The position numbers were made by a program, and so were the translations under genes. DNA of 64,000 bases from assembly GCF_006345805.1 (NCBI RefSeq), contig NC_043012.1, forward strand, positions 36,704,001 to 36,768,000, given 5' to 3'. Origin of the DNA: Octopus sinensis (taxonomy: Eukaryota). This document shows positions 24,452-38,119 of this stretch, one piece after another (the first letter of the stretch is position 1; each line of letters opens with the position of its first letter). The notes under the pieces were generated by a model that had not been told where the DNA came from, did no database searches, and worked only from the letters and a program-made list of their open reading frames with translations.

Positions 24452-26919
24452 TTAAAATATAAGGAAAGAGGGAAGAGCAGGCATTTCGTCAAAGAGGACC
24501 TCTATGGCTTCTTACATTTAGAATGGCAGCTGAGAATTAAAACAAGTTGTTTTATTTAGCTTAATATTCAATTTAAGTTTAGGTGGCGAGCTGGCAGAAA
24601 CATTAGCACGCCGGGTGAAATGCTTAGCGGTATTCAGTTGGTTTCTATGTTCTGAGTTCAAATTCTGCTGAGGTTGACTTTGCCTTTCATCTTTTGAGAG
24701 ACGATAAATTAAGTACCCGTCAAGTACGGGTCATTGACTATCCCCCTCCCCTAAAATGTCAGGCCTTGTGCTTTTAGTAGAAAGGGTTATTATTATTATT
24801 ATTGAAGGGAGCTGACAATCGTTATTTTGTCTGTCTTTACATTCTGAGTTCAAATTCCACCGACGTCGACTTTGCCTTTCATCCTTTCAGGGTTGATAAA
24901 TTAAGTACCAGTTGAGTACTGGGGTCGATCTGATCGACATATTCCCTTTCCCCAAATTTCGGGCCTTGTGCCAAGAGTGGAAAAGAATATTCAAAATAAG
25001 TATCTGAGGCATGGATATAATGTAGACGTGTGCTCTCGGTACTAATGCTGGCTGTTAGTCTTGAACTAATGGAGACCATAGAGCACCGCACCCAGTCCAC
25101 TGGGTTAGGAAGGGCATCCAGCTCTTGGAAATTATGCCAAAACAGACAAATGAAGCCTAGTGCAGCTCTCCAGCCTTGCCGGCTCTTGTCAAACTGTCCA
25201 ACCCATGCCAGCATGGAAAATGGACATCATCATCATCGTTTACCATCCGCTTTCCATGCTGGCAGGGGTTGGACGGTTTGGCTGAGGGCTGGCAAGCCAG
25301 GCAGCTGCACCAGATTCCAGTCAGATTTGGCAAAGTTTCTACAGCTGGATGCTCTTCCAAATGCCAACCACTCTGAGAGTGTAGTGGGTGCTTTTTACAT
25401 GTCAGTGGCACGAATAAGTGAAAAGAAAAGACTGGGGGCCAGAAGTGCAATAAGGATTTCTTAGCTGGTGACATAACCTAAAGGTTTGTTGTGGGATTGA
25501 ATCAAAGCTAAATGAACTCCAGTTCCTGTTAATATGACACAATTTTGTTTCTATATTAAAGTTTGTCTGATGATTGAGTGTCAAATTGGAAATGAACTCA
25601 TAAATGTGCTTAATTGGACTGACTTTGTATCAGTCATCTGTCACTGATGAGAGAGAGGAAAAAGGATTTGGTGAGCGAACTACAATGGATCTCAGTTGTT
25701 CAATGTTTGACTTCTCCATTGACATTAAATATAGCCCCATTACATCATTGTATGACCCCCACCCCTTCACCTACTTAGGGTCTTGCTACTCCAGGTCAAT
25801 GTTTCCACTAAAATAATTTCTAGTGGAAGCAAAAGGGAAACAAAGTAAGCTTTGTTTCTTTCTATTTTTGTTACCCGGTCACTTGATGCCTCTGTTGGTG
25901 CTGGTGCCATGTAAAAAGCTCTGGGAATGGTGCCACATGGAAAGCACTCTCTACCCTCTGTAAAGTGGTTGGCATCAAGAAGGGCGTCCAGCTGTAGAAA
26001 CTGTGCCAAAACAGACTATAGGACTTGGTGTGGCTCATGGCCTTGCCAGCTTTTGTCAAACCGTCCGATCCATGCCAGCATGGAAAACAGACGTTAAATG
26101 ATGATGATGATGATGGTGATGGTGAGTTAGGTGGGAAAGAGAGGGTCTGAAAACAAAGGTGTAGGACATTCATAACCAATGCAAGAGAGGCCGACATCAT
26201 GTGGCTGGATGCAGATGGTGGGGGTCGACTTGCTACCCAATGTGTTTGAGAGCAGAGGAGGAACTGAGGCAGAGATAGGAAGGAGGGGCACTGCCTGTGA
26301 CCTTTGCAGGGCCCCTGAGAATTCTGGGATGGTGGGAAGAAGGTATCTTCAGATCAGCAGTCTGGTTTGAATGCTTGCATTAGAGTCGACTCCTCCTCTA
26401 ACGACACCCAACAAGTCAGGTGGAGGTGTTAAATCAGGCAATGGATGAAGTTCATCAACCAAGAAGGCCATGGATGGATTTTGAACTCAAAATATGAATA
26501 GCCAACACAAAGAAGCATCCTGTGTGATAATCTAATGATTCTGCTAGACTATATCCCCTTGTCTGATCCTTTATTGATTGCAGAAGGATGAAAAGCTAAG
26601 TTGATCTTGACAGGAATTGAACTCAGGACATAAAGAACTGGATCAAATGCTGCGTAGCATTTCATTTGATCCTAACACACTGATCCTAACACACCGCCTC
26701 AGCTCAACAGAACCACTCGTTAAGTAACCACAGGCCCTGCTGCTCTTGCTTCCATAATACACTGCTGTTCCCATTGTATGTTATTAGACAAGGTTAACAT
26801 ACTAATTAAACAGCTGTAATTAAAATAAAACTAATTAAATGAAAACATCAGTTTTAAAACAGGATCTGAATGTTAAGAAATTCAACAAACGAGAAAAGCA
26901 GAATCACTTAGAAGAATGG

Positions 26920-27960
26920 TGGATGGTTTCAGGCAAGTTGGGTGTCTATAGTTGGTTGGTTAATGTTGTAACAGGAGGCTAAGTGTGTAGGGCAGTTGTG
27001 CTCTCCCCCATCAGAGCATTTTGGAGAGAGCCAAAAAGATGGAAATCAGTTGGTGCAAGGTCTGCTGAATATAGAGGATGGGGAAGAACATGTCAGGCCA
27101 AATCTAATATTCCACCCTGGGGGATTCTTGCTGAATGTGCATTATCATAAAGAAGCGCAACGTTTCTTCTATTGGCGAGTGCAGAGTGTTTCCATAAAAG
27201 ATTTTCATGTTGCAACTGTTGAGAGTGTAGTTGGCGTTTAGAGTTTGATTGCAGTTTAAGAACTCAGAATGAATAATACTGCAGTGATTGCACCATACAT
27301 GCAACATAACCTTCCTTCCGTGGAGGTCAGCCTTTGAAATAGGTTGTGGAGATTTATTCTTGTCAGTCCACTGCCTTTTGTGTTGAACATTGTCATAAAA
27401 GACCCCTTTTTCATCACCTGTAATGATTTTATTGAGAAACAGGTAATTTCTCTGCCTTGAAAGAAGACTTCGTCACTACGCACATGCAATTTTCCCCATT
27501 CTTCTCACCAACAGTATGGAGAACTGGAATACCCAGCTTGATGACTTTTCCTATTTTCTTCCATGTGGTGGCAAATGGTGGATTGCGATATGTTGAGGAC
27601 AACTGCTAATTCTCAAGCACTTTTATGAGGATTGAATTACAGTAATTCTCTTAAAGCCTCTTGACCAAAATCTGATGAGCATCCTGGTCTGAGTTGATAT
27701 CTCAATGGAAAATCTTCAGAACAAAACTTTGAAAATCAATTTTGCACTTGCTGGTCAGTAATGACACCTTGCCCAGAAACACTGCATATTTCCTTTCCTC
27801 TTTCTATGGCATTTTTTCCATTCTTACACTCCTACATCACAAGTCGAATATGCACTTTCATATCAAACAATGACATGCATACTTTCATTGTTTGAGATGA
27901 ATCACAGATGAGACTCTTTTAAGAACAGTCGTCTTCATTTCAGTTTTAAATGCATTGCTA
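26920..27960 (-). mobile_element. Mariner transposase pseudogene (near full length, decayed)
   Basis: Minus-strand motifs HIRLVM.ECKNG, IITGDEKGVFYDN, KVMLHVW...NQTLNA, LLYDNA, HPPYSPDLAP-like and HLFGSLQNAL; many stops and frameshifts. Confidence 0.88.
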
Positions 27961-28276
27961 AAATTTACTTCCAAAAAAGACAGAAATTATTTATGACTCG
28001 AACCAATATATATATATTTATATCAGCGCCGCTCCGACTAGCCTCCGTGTCGGTGGCACGTAAAAAGCACCAACCGATCGTGCCTCGCCTGGCACGTAAA
28101 AAACACCCACTACACTCACGAAGTGGTTGGCATTAGGAAGGGCATCCAGCTGTAGAAACACTGCCAGATCAGACTGGTGCCTGGTGCAGCCTCCTGGCTT
28201 CCCAGACCCCAGTTGAACCATCCAACTCATGCTAGCATGGAAAGCGGTCACTAAACGATGATGATGATGATGAGAT

Positions 28277-28309
<33 letters not shown>

Positions 28310-28530
28310 TCTCTTTTACTCTTTTTACTCTTTTACTTGTTTCAGTCATTTGACTGCGGCCATGCTGGAGCACCGCCTTTAGTCGAGCAAATCGACCCCA
28401 GGACTTATTCTTTGTAAGCCCAGTACTTATTCTATCGGTCTCTTTTGCCGAACCGCTAAGTGACGGGGACGTAAACACACCAGCATCGGTTGTCAAGCAA
28501 TGCTAGGGGGACAAACAAACACACACACAC

Positions 28531-28590
<60 letters not shown>

Positions 28591-28775
28591 ATATATATAT
28601 AATATATATATATATACATATACGACAGGCTTCTTTCAGTTTCCGTCTACCAAATCCACTCACAAGGCATTGGTCGGCCCGGGGCTATAGCAGAAGACAC
28701 TTGCCCAAGATGCCACGCAGTGGGACTGAACCCGGAGCCATGTGGTTGGTTAGCAAGCTACTTACCACACAGCCA
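28310..28775 (-). mobile_element. Complete family B SINE with (TAAAAGAG)n tail and central (TA)n/(CA)n
   Basis: Head GTGGCTGTGTGGTAAGTAGCTTGC...GGGTTCAGTCCC; homologous copies at 42705-43095, 46385-46740 and 63570-63965. Confidence 0.85.
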
Positions 28776-30654
28776 CAATATATATATAGGTGTGGCTGTG
28801 TCGTAAGATGTTTTTTCAATCACATGGTTCCAGGTTCTATCCCACTGTGGCACTTTAAGCAAGTGTCTTCTACTATAGCCTTGGGTCGACCATAGCTTTG
28901 TGAGTGGATTTGGTAGACAGAAACTGAAAGGAGCCCGTTGTATATATATATATATAATTATCCTCATCGTTTAACGTCCGCTTTCCATGCTAGCATGGGT
29001 TATAATATACATACATATATAATATACACACACATATATATATATACACATATATATATATATAGATAGATATAATATATATGTTTATGTCTGTGTTTGT
29101 CCCCTACCACTGCTTGACATTCAGTGCTGGGTGTGTCTAAATCTTTGTAACTTAGCAGCTTGGCAAAATAAATCGATAGAATTTCAGGTATAAAAAAGAA
29201 GTCCTGAAGTCGAATCCTTCAATTAAAAACTCTTCAAAGCAGTGCTCCAGCATAGCCAGAGTCTACTGACTGAAACGAATAAAAGAAAAAAGACAAATTA
29301 AATTTAAACTGTTTATACAATGGTGATCATTATCTCTGTTAATCTACAGCAATTAAGACTAAACCAATAAATAGGTTGGGTTTTACGAGGCCTTTTTCTG
29401 AACATCCTTGACAACAAGTGACAGCAACATCCTTGTTTTTGTTGGTAATTCTGATGGATATGCTAGGCAGTGCCGTGAGGGCTACTTGGCCATACATGGC
29501 GGCTATAGATATAGTTCTGAAAATGATTCCTGGAAATCTGGGAAGTGACCATCTGCAGCATGACCTTCAGGAAACCAACCAACAGCTACTTGGACATGGA
29601 CCAATCAGACAAACACTCTCACCAATCAGATCTTATTGTCACTAGAAAGCCGGATGGACAAATGGTTGTTTATACTAAGTCTTTCTCTGGGAAAGAATCT
29701 ACCACTTCAGAATTTACTTGACTCACTGAGATGCAAAACAATAGACAGGAGAAGGACGATGTGGGAACTGAATTTTACTTCTATGAAATATGTTTAGAGA
29801 ACTTTTTGGTAACGCGAGGGAGGAGACAGGGACTGATAACAAAAAGTAGCAGTCCATAGGTTATTTTGTTCCATGGGTTGGTTTCATGTGACACAATTGT
29901 TCCACGGATCAGGGGACCACATGCATAACCAAAACACAATAAAATGCATAAATATATATGTAAACAAAATTTTTGTTTCGTTTTTGGAAGCATCGAATGT
30001 GTTTCGTATTTTACAGACAAGAAAGTAATATTTTGAATGCAGTGAAACCAGCAGAAAGATTGGGTACTTTACCCTTATAAGGTGGAAAGAGTTGTCATCA
30101 GACAGCCATGGGACTCGAACCCACACCTCGCAGATACTGACCGAGTACTCTTCCAATCAAGCTAAACTACCCACTGACAACAATTTCTGTCACATTAAAT
30201 GCTTAAAACTTAGCTTCTTTTGAAATGCGACAACATATGTAACAAACTTTTTTCTTTGTTTCTGGAAGCACCAAATGTGTATCGTTTCACACAGACAAGA
30301 ATGCTGTATATAATTTAATCGTTGGTTTCAAATTTGGGCACAAGGCCAGCAATTTCAGGAGTCGATTTCATCAGCTTCAGTGTTCAACTGATACTTATCT
30401 TATTGACCTCGAGAGATAAAGGGTAAAGTTAAGCTCAGTGAAATTTGAACTCAGAACATAAAGACAGATGAAAGTTGCTAAGCATTTTGCATGGCATGCT
30501 AACCATTCTGCCAACTTTTGGCCTTATATAATTTAATTATTATGTATATAATACATATATATTACATAATATAATACATACATAATACATTTATATTTAT
30601 ATTACATATATAATACATACAGTACATATATATTACATAATATATATGTATATC

Positions 30655-31520
30655 ATATGCGTGGCATGTAAAAAGCACCATTTGAGCTTGGTTGATGCTA
30701 GTGTCACCTGACTGGCTCCTTAGCTGGTGGCACATTAAAAGTGCCATTCAAACGTGGTTGATGCCAATGCCATCTGACTAGCCCCCATGCTGGTGACACT
30801 TAAAATGCACCATTTGAGCATGATCAGTGCCAATGTCATCTGACTAGCCCCCATGCTGGTGACACTTAAAATGCATCATTTGAGCATGATCAGTGCCAAT
30901 GTCACCTGACTAGCCCCCATGCTGGTGACACTTAAAATGCACCATTTGAGCATGATCAGTGCCAATGTCATCTGACTAGCCCCCATGCTGGTGACACTTA
31001 AAATGCATCATTTGAGCATGATCAGTGCCAATGTCACCTGACTAGCCCCCATGCTGGTGACACTTAAAATGCACCATTTGAGCATGATCAGTGCCAATGT
31101 CATCTGACTAGCCCCCATGCTGGTGACACTTAAAATGCATCATTTGAGCATGATCAGTGCCAATGTCACCTGACTAGCCCCCATGCTGGTGACACTTAAA
31201 ATGCACCATTTGAGCATGATCAGTGCCAATGTCATCTGACTAGCCCCCATGCTGGTGACACTTAAAATGCACCATTTGAGCATGATCAGTGCCAATGTCA
31301 CCTGACTAGCCCCCATGCTGGTGGCACTTAAAATGCACCCACTACACTCTCGGAGTGGTTGGCATTAGGAAGGGCATCCAGCTGTAAAAACCTTGCCAGA
31401 ACAGATTGGAACCTGGTGCAGCCTCCTGGCTTGCCAGTCCTCAGTCAAACCGTCCAACCCATGCCAGCCATGGAAAACGAACGTTAAACGACAATGATGA
31501 TGATGATGATGATGATGATG
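30655..31520 (+). repeat. 66-bp minisatellite (about 9 near-identical units plus 2 diverged) expanded inside a family A SINE
   Basis: GCCCCCATGC recurs at 30781, 30847, 30913, 30979, 31045, 31111, 31177, 31243 and 31309; the SINE 3' end follows. Confidence 0.92.
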
Positions 31521-32687
31521 ATACATATATATTACATAATACATATGTATGATATATGGAATACATATATAATGCCAAACCACTCTGCAGACTGCGATAG
31601 TCAATAAAACAGAAGGAACATCTTTAAAATCGATTCATTTTGTGTGGTCTGGTGCCGAATGCTTGAATGGCTGGGTGGCTGTTGATCCTTGAATTGGAGG
31701 ACAACTTGAAGTTTCCCGTAGTCAACCAGTTGGAGGGTGTTTGCAGATGAGATTTGTGGCCGGAGTAAGGGGTTCCTGTCTGAAGCAGGATAACCTGGTG
31801 ATGAAATGGTATTGTAGATGGAGAGTCATAAGAGCTAAAAAGACAATTGTGCGGGGAAAAGAAACAAGACATTAAGTTGACGTGATAGAGAGGGAAAAGA
31901 AAAACCAGGTGATTTAGTCCCTGATTTGTGCTGAGAGGATCAGAGGTGTTCAGGGTTGTGTATCAGGGCCAATGTGGCTTAGTGGTTAATGTGATGGACT
32001 CGTGATCCTAAGATTGTGGTTTCAATTCCTGGACCGGGTGACATTTTGTGTTCTTGAGCAAAACACTTCATTTCACATTGCTCCAGTCCAGAGTGGACCA
32101 AGACATCATTGGAGTTAAAATGTATTTGAAATGGCTGTTGGTCACTTTTACTCACTGTCAATGAGACGATGCTTAAGAATGATTCTAGGAGAGGTTACTA
32201 AGTGTAGAATTAGGAGGAATAGGAAATCCTTCAAGAATATCCAACAGAGGGAATGGCTGTCGAAGCAAACAGTCATAGCATTGAAGTGGCAATTAAGGAT
32301 ATGAAGACAAGGAAGTGGCAGATGCATCAAAGAATAGTCAGAGAGATCTTTCATCTTTCTCTTGTTTCAGTCATTGGACCATGGCGATTCTGGCGTGCAA
32401 CCTTGAAGGGCGAACAGGACTTGGTTTTTTTTTCTTTAAAAGTTTGGGACTTATTCTATTGGTCTCTTTTTGTGAACTGCTTCTAAGTGATTCTGCTTTT
32501 CTCGTTTGTTGAATTTCTTAACATTCAGATCCTGTTTTAAAACTGATGTTTTCATTTAATTAGTTTTATTTTAATTACAGCTGTTTAATTAGTATGTTAA
32601 CCTTGTCTAATAACGTACAATGGGAACAGCAGTGTATTATGGAAGCAAGAGCAGTAGGGCCTGTGGTTACTTAACGAGTGGTTCTGT

Positions 32688-33125
32688 GAGGAGACCACAG
32701 TGGACAATAGTATTAAAGGTGGGGGTCAGGCAAAAGTGGAGAAGAGGGGGACAATGGTGTCTCTCGACTGGAAAGTTCTGAGAATCCAGGAACTCATTCT
32801 ATGGGCCATGTCAACTTTTCTGTTTATATGAGTGGCCCAGCTTATGTTGTTGCCCACAATTACTCCCAAGTCTCTGATGTTGTTGGATGCCATGAGAGCT
32901 TCACCTGAAGGAAGGGAGTATGGGAATTTCAGGGTATTATCTTTTCCAAAGTGAATTAACTCAAATTTGTCCTTGTTCAGCAGCATATTAGTCTTTTCTT
33001 CCCATTGGATGACAGCCAGTAGGTCTGACTGAAGGCATGCCCGGTCACCCACTTCATTGACGGACTTCTGGATCTTGGAATCATCTGCAAAGATTCTTAT
33101 GTTACTCTGCTTAATGATGCCAGTA
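32688..33125 (-). mobile_element. CR1-type LINE fragment (post-RT region)
   Basis: LQSDLLAVIQW...NMLLNKDKFELIHFG...RDLGV; homologous to 60500-60930. Confidence 0.85.
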
Positions 33126-34206
33126 ATGTCTTTTATATGATATTTACCAATGTGAACTACAATGAAAAAAATATGGGCAAGACATGGTATATACTTGTTT
33201 TTGTGCAGGGGTTCCTTGAGACATGTAATTTATTTTAAGGGTTACGCAAGGGTAAAATGGTCGAGAAACACTGGTCTTGAGTAATATAAAACTTTCCTTT
33301 CATAAGTTTCAAGTTAATCTGCCTGGTTGGAAAATATTGTGAATGTGTATCGTATGTATGATGCAGGGACCCCAGGGGGATAAATTCTGTGTACCATTTG
33401 TGAAACATGGAATAGGCAAAGGGTTAATAAAACTGGGTTTAGAAGAACGGTTTGTGACCAGGGTGCAAGCCATTGTAAGGAGATGCAGATTGTAAAGAAA
33501 GAGTTGGTGATGAGTTCATTGAGGAATTTAGGGTGCAGTTAGGCATTCATAAAGGGTCACTTCTCAGTCCTGTCCCTATTTATCAGATCCTATATGCTGC
33601 AAGTTATTTGAAATCTGATTATTAGAAATTTAGGTAGTTGGCTCCATAGCTAGTAAACTGGAGGTGAAGAGTTCAAACCTCTCTGGAGCTTCAGTTTTGT
33701 TCTTTAAGGCAGCTGCTCAAAATATTCAGTCGCATTTCGTCCATTTTTTTGTTCTGAGTTCAGTTCCACTGAGGTTAACTTTGCCTTTCATCCTTTCGGA
33801 GTTGATAAAATAAATACCAGTTAAGCACTGGGGTCGATGTAATTGACTTGCCCCTCCCCTCAAAATAGAATCATAAATCTAAGTGCTTGTTTTCCATCTT
33901 TTTTTTGCTTCATGAAATCTATTGAAAATCAAAATGAATTCATAGTCTTTGATATAGGAAAAGACTGATTAAAAATATGGTATTTGTAACAAAGTCAGTA
34001 TTAATAGCCATCTGTCCACCATACTTAATGTATACACACTGTTGCTTGGCCAATTAGTACAGCAACTGACTCATCAGCAATATGTATGACACATGGATAG
34101 GTACTTTAATTTAATACTGTCTCACTTCCATATACCGGATAAGTATATACACTCCAACAATGTAGGTGGGTGTGTGTGTGTATGTATGTATGTGTTTGAG
34201 TGTTTG

Positions 34207-34238
<32 letters not shown>

Positions 34239-35489
34239 TATTAGAGACAAAACCACTATTTTGCAAAACAAACAAGGAAAGACTTAATCAATACATAAAA
34301 TTTTAATAAATAGTCAAAAAAACCGCCACACATACACATATATATATATGTCATTACCATGATCATCGTTTAATGTCTGCTTTCCATGCTGGCATATGGG
34401 GTTGGATGGTTTGACTGAGGGCTGCACCTGGCTCCAATATATATATATCCAAGAAGGTGCTGAAAAGTTCCATCCATCCCATGCAAGCATTGGAAAAATG
34501 GACATGAGATGACGACGATGACAAGAACAATGATGATAATGATGATGATGATGATGGTAAAGATGATGACGATGACGATTATGGTGATGGTGACGAGGAT
34601 GAAGATGACAGTGATGATGATTATGATGATGATGATGGTGATGATGATGATGATGACAACGGCAGCAATGATATATTCTTGTGTGTGTGTGCGTGTGTGT
34701 GTGCATGTGCTTGCGTGCACACGGATGTGTGTGTGTGTGTGTGTGTAATTGCTGGCTGATTACAACAGAAAGCTTTCTATTTTGTTTGAAGTGCGAAAAT
34801 ATTATTAATAAAAAAAAACCAAAAAAAAAACCGAAATTAATATTAGGAAGGAATAACAATAAAACGATTGTTCCCAAGTAGAACTTTTGAATTTGGAAAT
34901 AAATATTTCTCTGTTCAAAGGCACTTTATTCTATTTTACTAAGTTAATGTACGGCTTATTATTAATTAGTTGTAAATAAATGATGTAAGGTTATTAACAC
35001 CTCTCTTCCCCATCCCTCTCCCTTTCTGTCTTTGTCTCTCTCTCTCTCTTTCTTTCACATTCCGACATGGACAAAGAACACTGTTTTTCTAACTTACAAA
35101 GCCCCAGTTGCTGTTGCTGAAGGCTCTTGAGGGGGGAAAGAGAGAAAGAAAGAGAGAAAGAAAGAAAGAAAGAAAGAAAGAAACTAACAAAAAGCCAACT
35201 CTAATTGACACGACTCCAAAGACACAGTGTTTGGCGAGATGTCAGTCCAAGCAATAATGATGACGATAACGATGATTAATAATAGTAATAATAATAATAA
35301 TCCTTTCTACTAGAGGCACAAGGCCTGAGATTTGGGGGAGGGGGTATAGTCAATTACATTGACCCCAGTACTCAACTGGTACTTATTTCATTGACCCTGA
35401 AAAGATAAAAGGTAAAGTCAACCTTGGTGGAATTTGAATACAAACAAGAAGTCATACCACCTAACAAATATGAAGAAGAAGAAGAAGAA

Positions 35490-35872
35490 GAAGGAACAAC
35501 AAAAGCTATAAAACAAATGAAATCCAAACTAAAACAAGAACAGACCATGATAAAACGATGGCAAGAAAAGCCCCTTCATGGCAAATACTGGGCTAAACTA
35601 AACGCAAAAGAAATGAGCAGAGAAAAATCCCAGCAATGGTTGAGAAACTCAGGACTCAAAGCAGAGATTGAAGGATTTTTAATTGCAGCACAAGACCAAA
35701 AGCCTCCCCACCAGAAATTACCAAAAACATGTAATGAAAAAAAACATAACAAGTAACTGCAGAATATGTGGAGATGGACAAGAAAAAATAAATCATATTA
35801 TCTCTAGCTGCCCAGTCCTGGCTAGGAAGGAACATATTCACAGACATGACAGAGTTGGGACCTACATACGTC
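35490..35872 (+). mobile_element. Dong/R4-type (RLE) non-LTR retrotransposon fragment
   Basis: W.EKPLHGKY, GLKAEIEGFLIAAQDQSLPTRNY, CRICG...INHIISSCPVL...RHD (CCHC knuckle); starts in a (GAA)n tract. Confidence 0.85.
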
Positions 35873-36805
35873 ATCATAATCTAATGTCCATTAAATGATG
35901 ATGATGATGATGACAGCGATGATGGTTCAAGGATTCCTCTATGACAGTTTCTGCCTAAACACTTGATTTGCTAAATATAGCAGCCAAGCCTTCTTCGAAT
36001 CTGAGCCATCTTTAAAAAAAACATGGTGGAAACACATTTATTTTAGGATGTCAGAGTGTTCAAAGAAATACCACAAGGTATTTACGTTTTGAGTTCAAAT
36101 CCCTTAGAGATCAACTTTGCCTGTCACTCCTCTGGGGTTCAATAGGATAAGGTCAAATAATGCCGGTCAACGCTAACGATTAGCCTTGTCCACTCCCTGT
36201 AGAACTGGTGACCTTGTGACTAAATTAGACTTCAAGGAAAAACGATACTGTTAATTGATGTTTTGTTTAGAAATTGTAATACGTTGACGAATCTGGGATG
36301 GAAACAATGAATCGTTTGTGAAACGATACCTTGGCCTCTAACAGATTCGTTGGAGAAGAGAAAGGCAGCAGCAACAACAACAACAACAATGACTATAATA
36401 GCAGCAGCAGAGGCAACAGTAGTAACGGCAACATGAATAACCATTATAACAGCGACAGCAGCAGCACCACCAGCACCAGCACCAACAGCAGCCGTCCAAG
36501 AATTTGGACCTGGAGATCTCCATTTCCAGCGACTTCGAGGGCCACTTCCCAGTGGTGTCGGGCGTCAATGAAGAGCCCTCGACTACAACAAAACGACCAA
36601 AGTTTTTTTTTTGTCCAAGGTCTGGGGTCTCCCGCCCCTAAGCCCTAGACCATCACCTAATCACCCTTACCCGTCTTGTTGCTTAACAACAACAACAACA
36701 ACGACAGCAGCAACAACAACAACAACTGCAACAATCCCAATAACTGGGATAAAGCCACCAATTACAACAACAGCATCAGCAACAACAACAACAACAGCAA
36801 CAACA

Positions 36806-36844
<39 letters not shown>

Positions 36845-37298
36845 ATAGAAGCTGTTTTAAAACAATGTCCTTTAACATGGAAGCCACAACAGACGACCAA
36901 AGATGAGTTTCCTTTCAGGAAGCTTTCAAGTGTTTTCTTTTTTTTTTTGTCATTTGTCATATTTCATTTTTTTTTTTCCTAAGATCCTGGGACCGAATTG
37001 AAATTCCAAAAAAAAAACAAAACCAGTTAACGTTAGACACAAGAAATATGAGAAACGAAAAAACTGTAAGTATTAAAGCGCCACAAATGCCTCCAAATCA
37101 TTTAATTAGGTCAGTTCGTTAATTCGCCGAGATGAAGGTTGCTGAACATTTAGGTGAAAAATAACTAAATAATTAACAAAAAAAAAAAGGAAATAAAATA
37201 AAATAGCAAAAGAATGTCTTTATTTGGCCTTGTGGATATAATGACTATGTTTGAGTAAAATAGTAGTAGTAGTAGTGATAATAATAATAATAATAATA

Positions 37299-37334
<36 letters not shown>

Positions 37335-37336
<2 letters not shown>

Positions 37337-38020
37337 CATAAGAAGCATCAAATGTGGTGTGCAAGAGAGACATTTGCACTGGTATGGTCATGTACTGCGG
37401 ATGGATGAGGAGAGATGTGTGAAGAAGTGCCACTCCCAAACAGTTGAAGGTATCCGGGGGAGAGGTTGACCCAGGAAGACATGGGATGAGGTGGTCAAGC
37501 CTGACCTTCGAACGTTGGGCCTCACAGAGGCAATGATGAAAGACCAAGATCTCTGGAGATATGCTGTGACTGCAAAGACCCGACAAATAATGTGAGTTCA
37601 TGGCTGCTTCCTGCACCAGTTTCGCATAGCCCCAGCCCATCCAAAGTACCTTGGATTGCAGAACGACCTGCTGTGCTTACCTTGGATTGTAGGGTTACCT
37701 GCTGTGCTTGAGGAGACTTATTGAGTCAAGTACATCAACATCAAAATAAATATCAAATGGAAATTGTAGTTGTGATACCTGTGCTGGTGGCACGTAAAAT
37801 GCACCATCTGAACGTGGCCGCTGCCAGCCCCCGCCCCAGCACCTGTGTCGGTGGCATGTAAAAGCACCCACTACACTCACGGAGTGGTTGGCGTTAGGAA
37901 GGGCATTCAGCTGTAGAAACATTGCCAGATCAGACTGGAGCCTGGTGCAGCCTCCTGGCTTCCCAGACACTGGTTGAACTGACCAACCCATGCTAGCATG
38001 GAAAACGGACGTTAAACGAT
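37335..38020 (+). mobile_element. RTE LINE 3' end with 3' UTR and (GAT)n tail
   Basis: DIRSIKCGVQERHLHWYGHVLRMDE...GRG followed by the tail shared with family A SINEs. Confidence 0.85.
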
Positions 38021-38033
38021 GATGATGATGATG

Positions 38034-38064
<31 letters not shown>

Positions 38065-38119
38065 TGATAATAATGATAATAATAATAATGATAATAATAA
38101 TAATAATAAGAAGAAGAAG

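Larger units (their letters stand above)
26707..32687. repeat. 208-bp inverted repeat arms (26707-26914 / 32480-32687) 5.6 kb apart
   Basis: Reverse-complement match with only 2 substitutions seen. Confidence 0.92.

Noticed and set aside
25090-25410. Inverted repeat of about 150 bp
   Set aside because: Simply two family A SINE tails inserted tail-to-tail, a common arrangement in SINE-rich DNA
30781-31345. CRISPR-like regular array
   Set aside because: Units are near-identical along their whole length with no unique spacers; no cas genes; it lies inside a eukaryotic SINE
34314-34881. His-rich, Ile-rich and Met-rich ORFs
   Set aside because: Artefacts of (GAT)n and (GT)n low-complexity sequence
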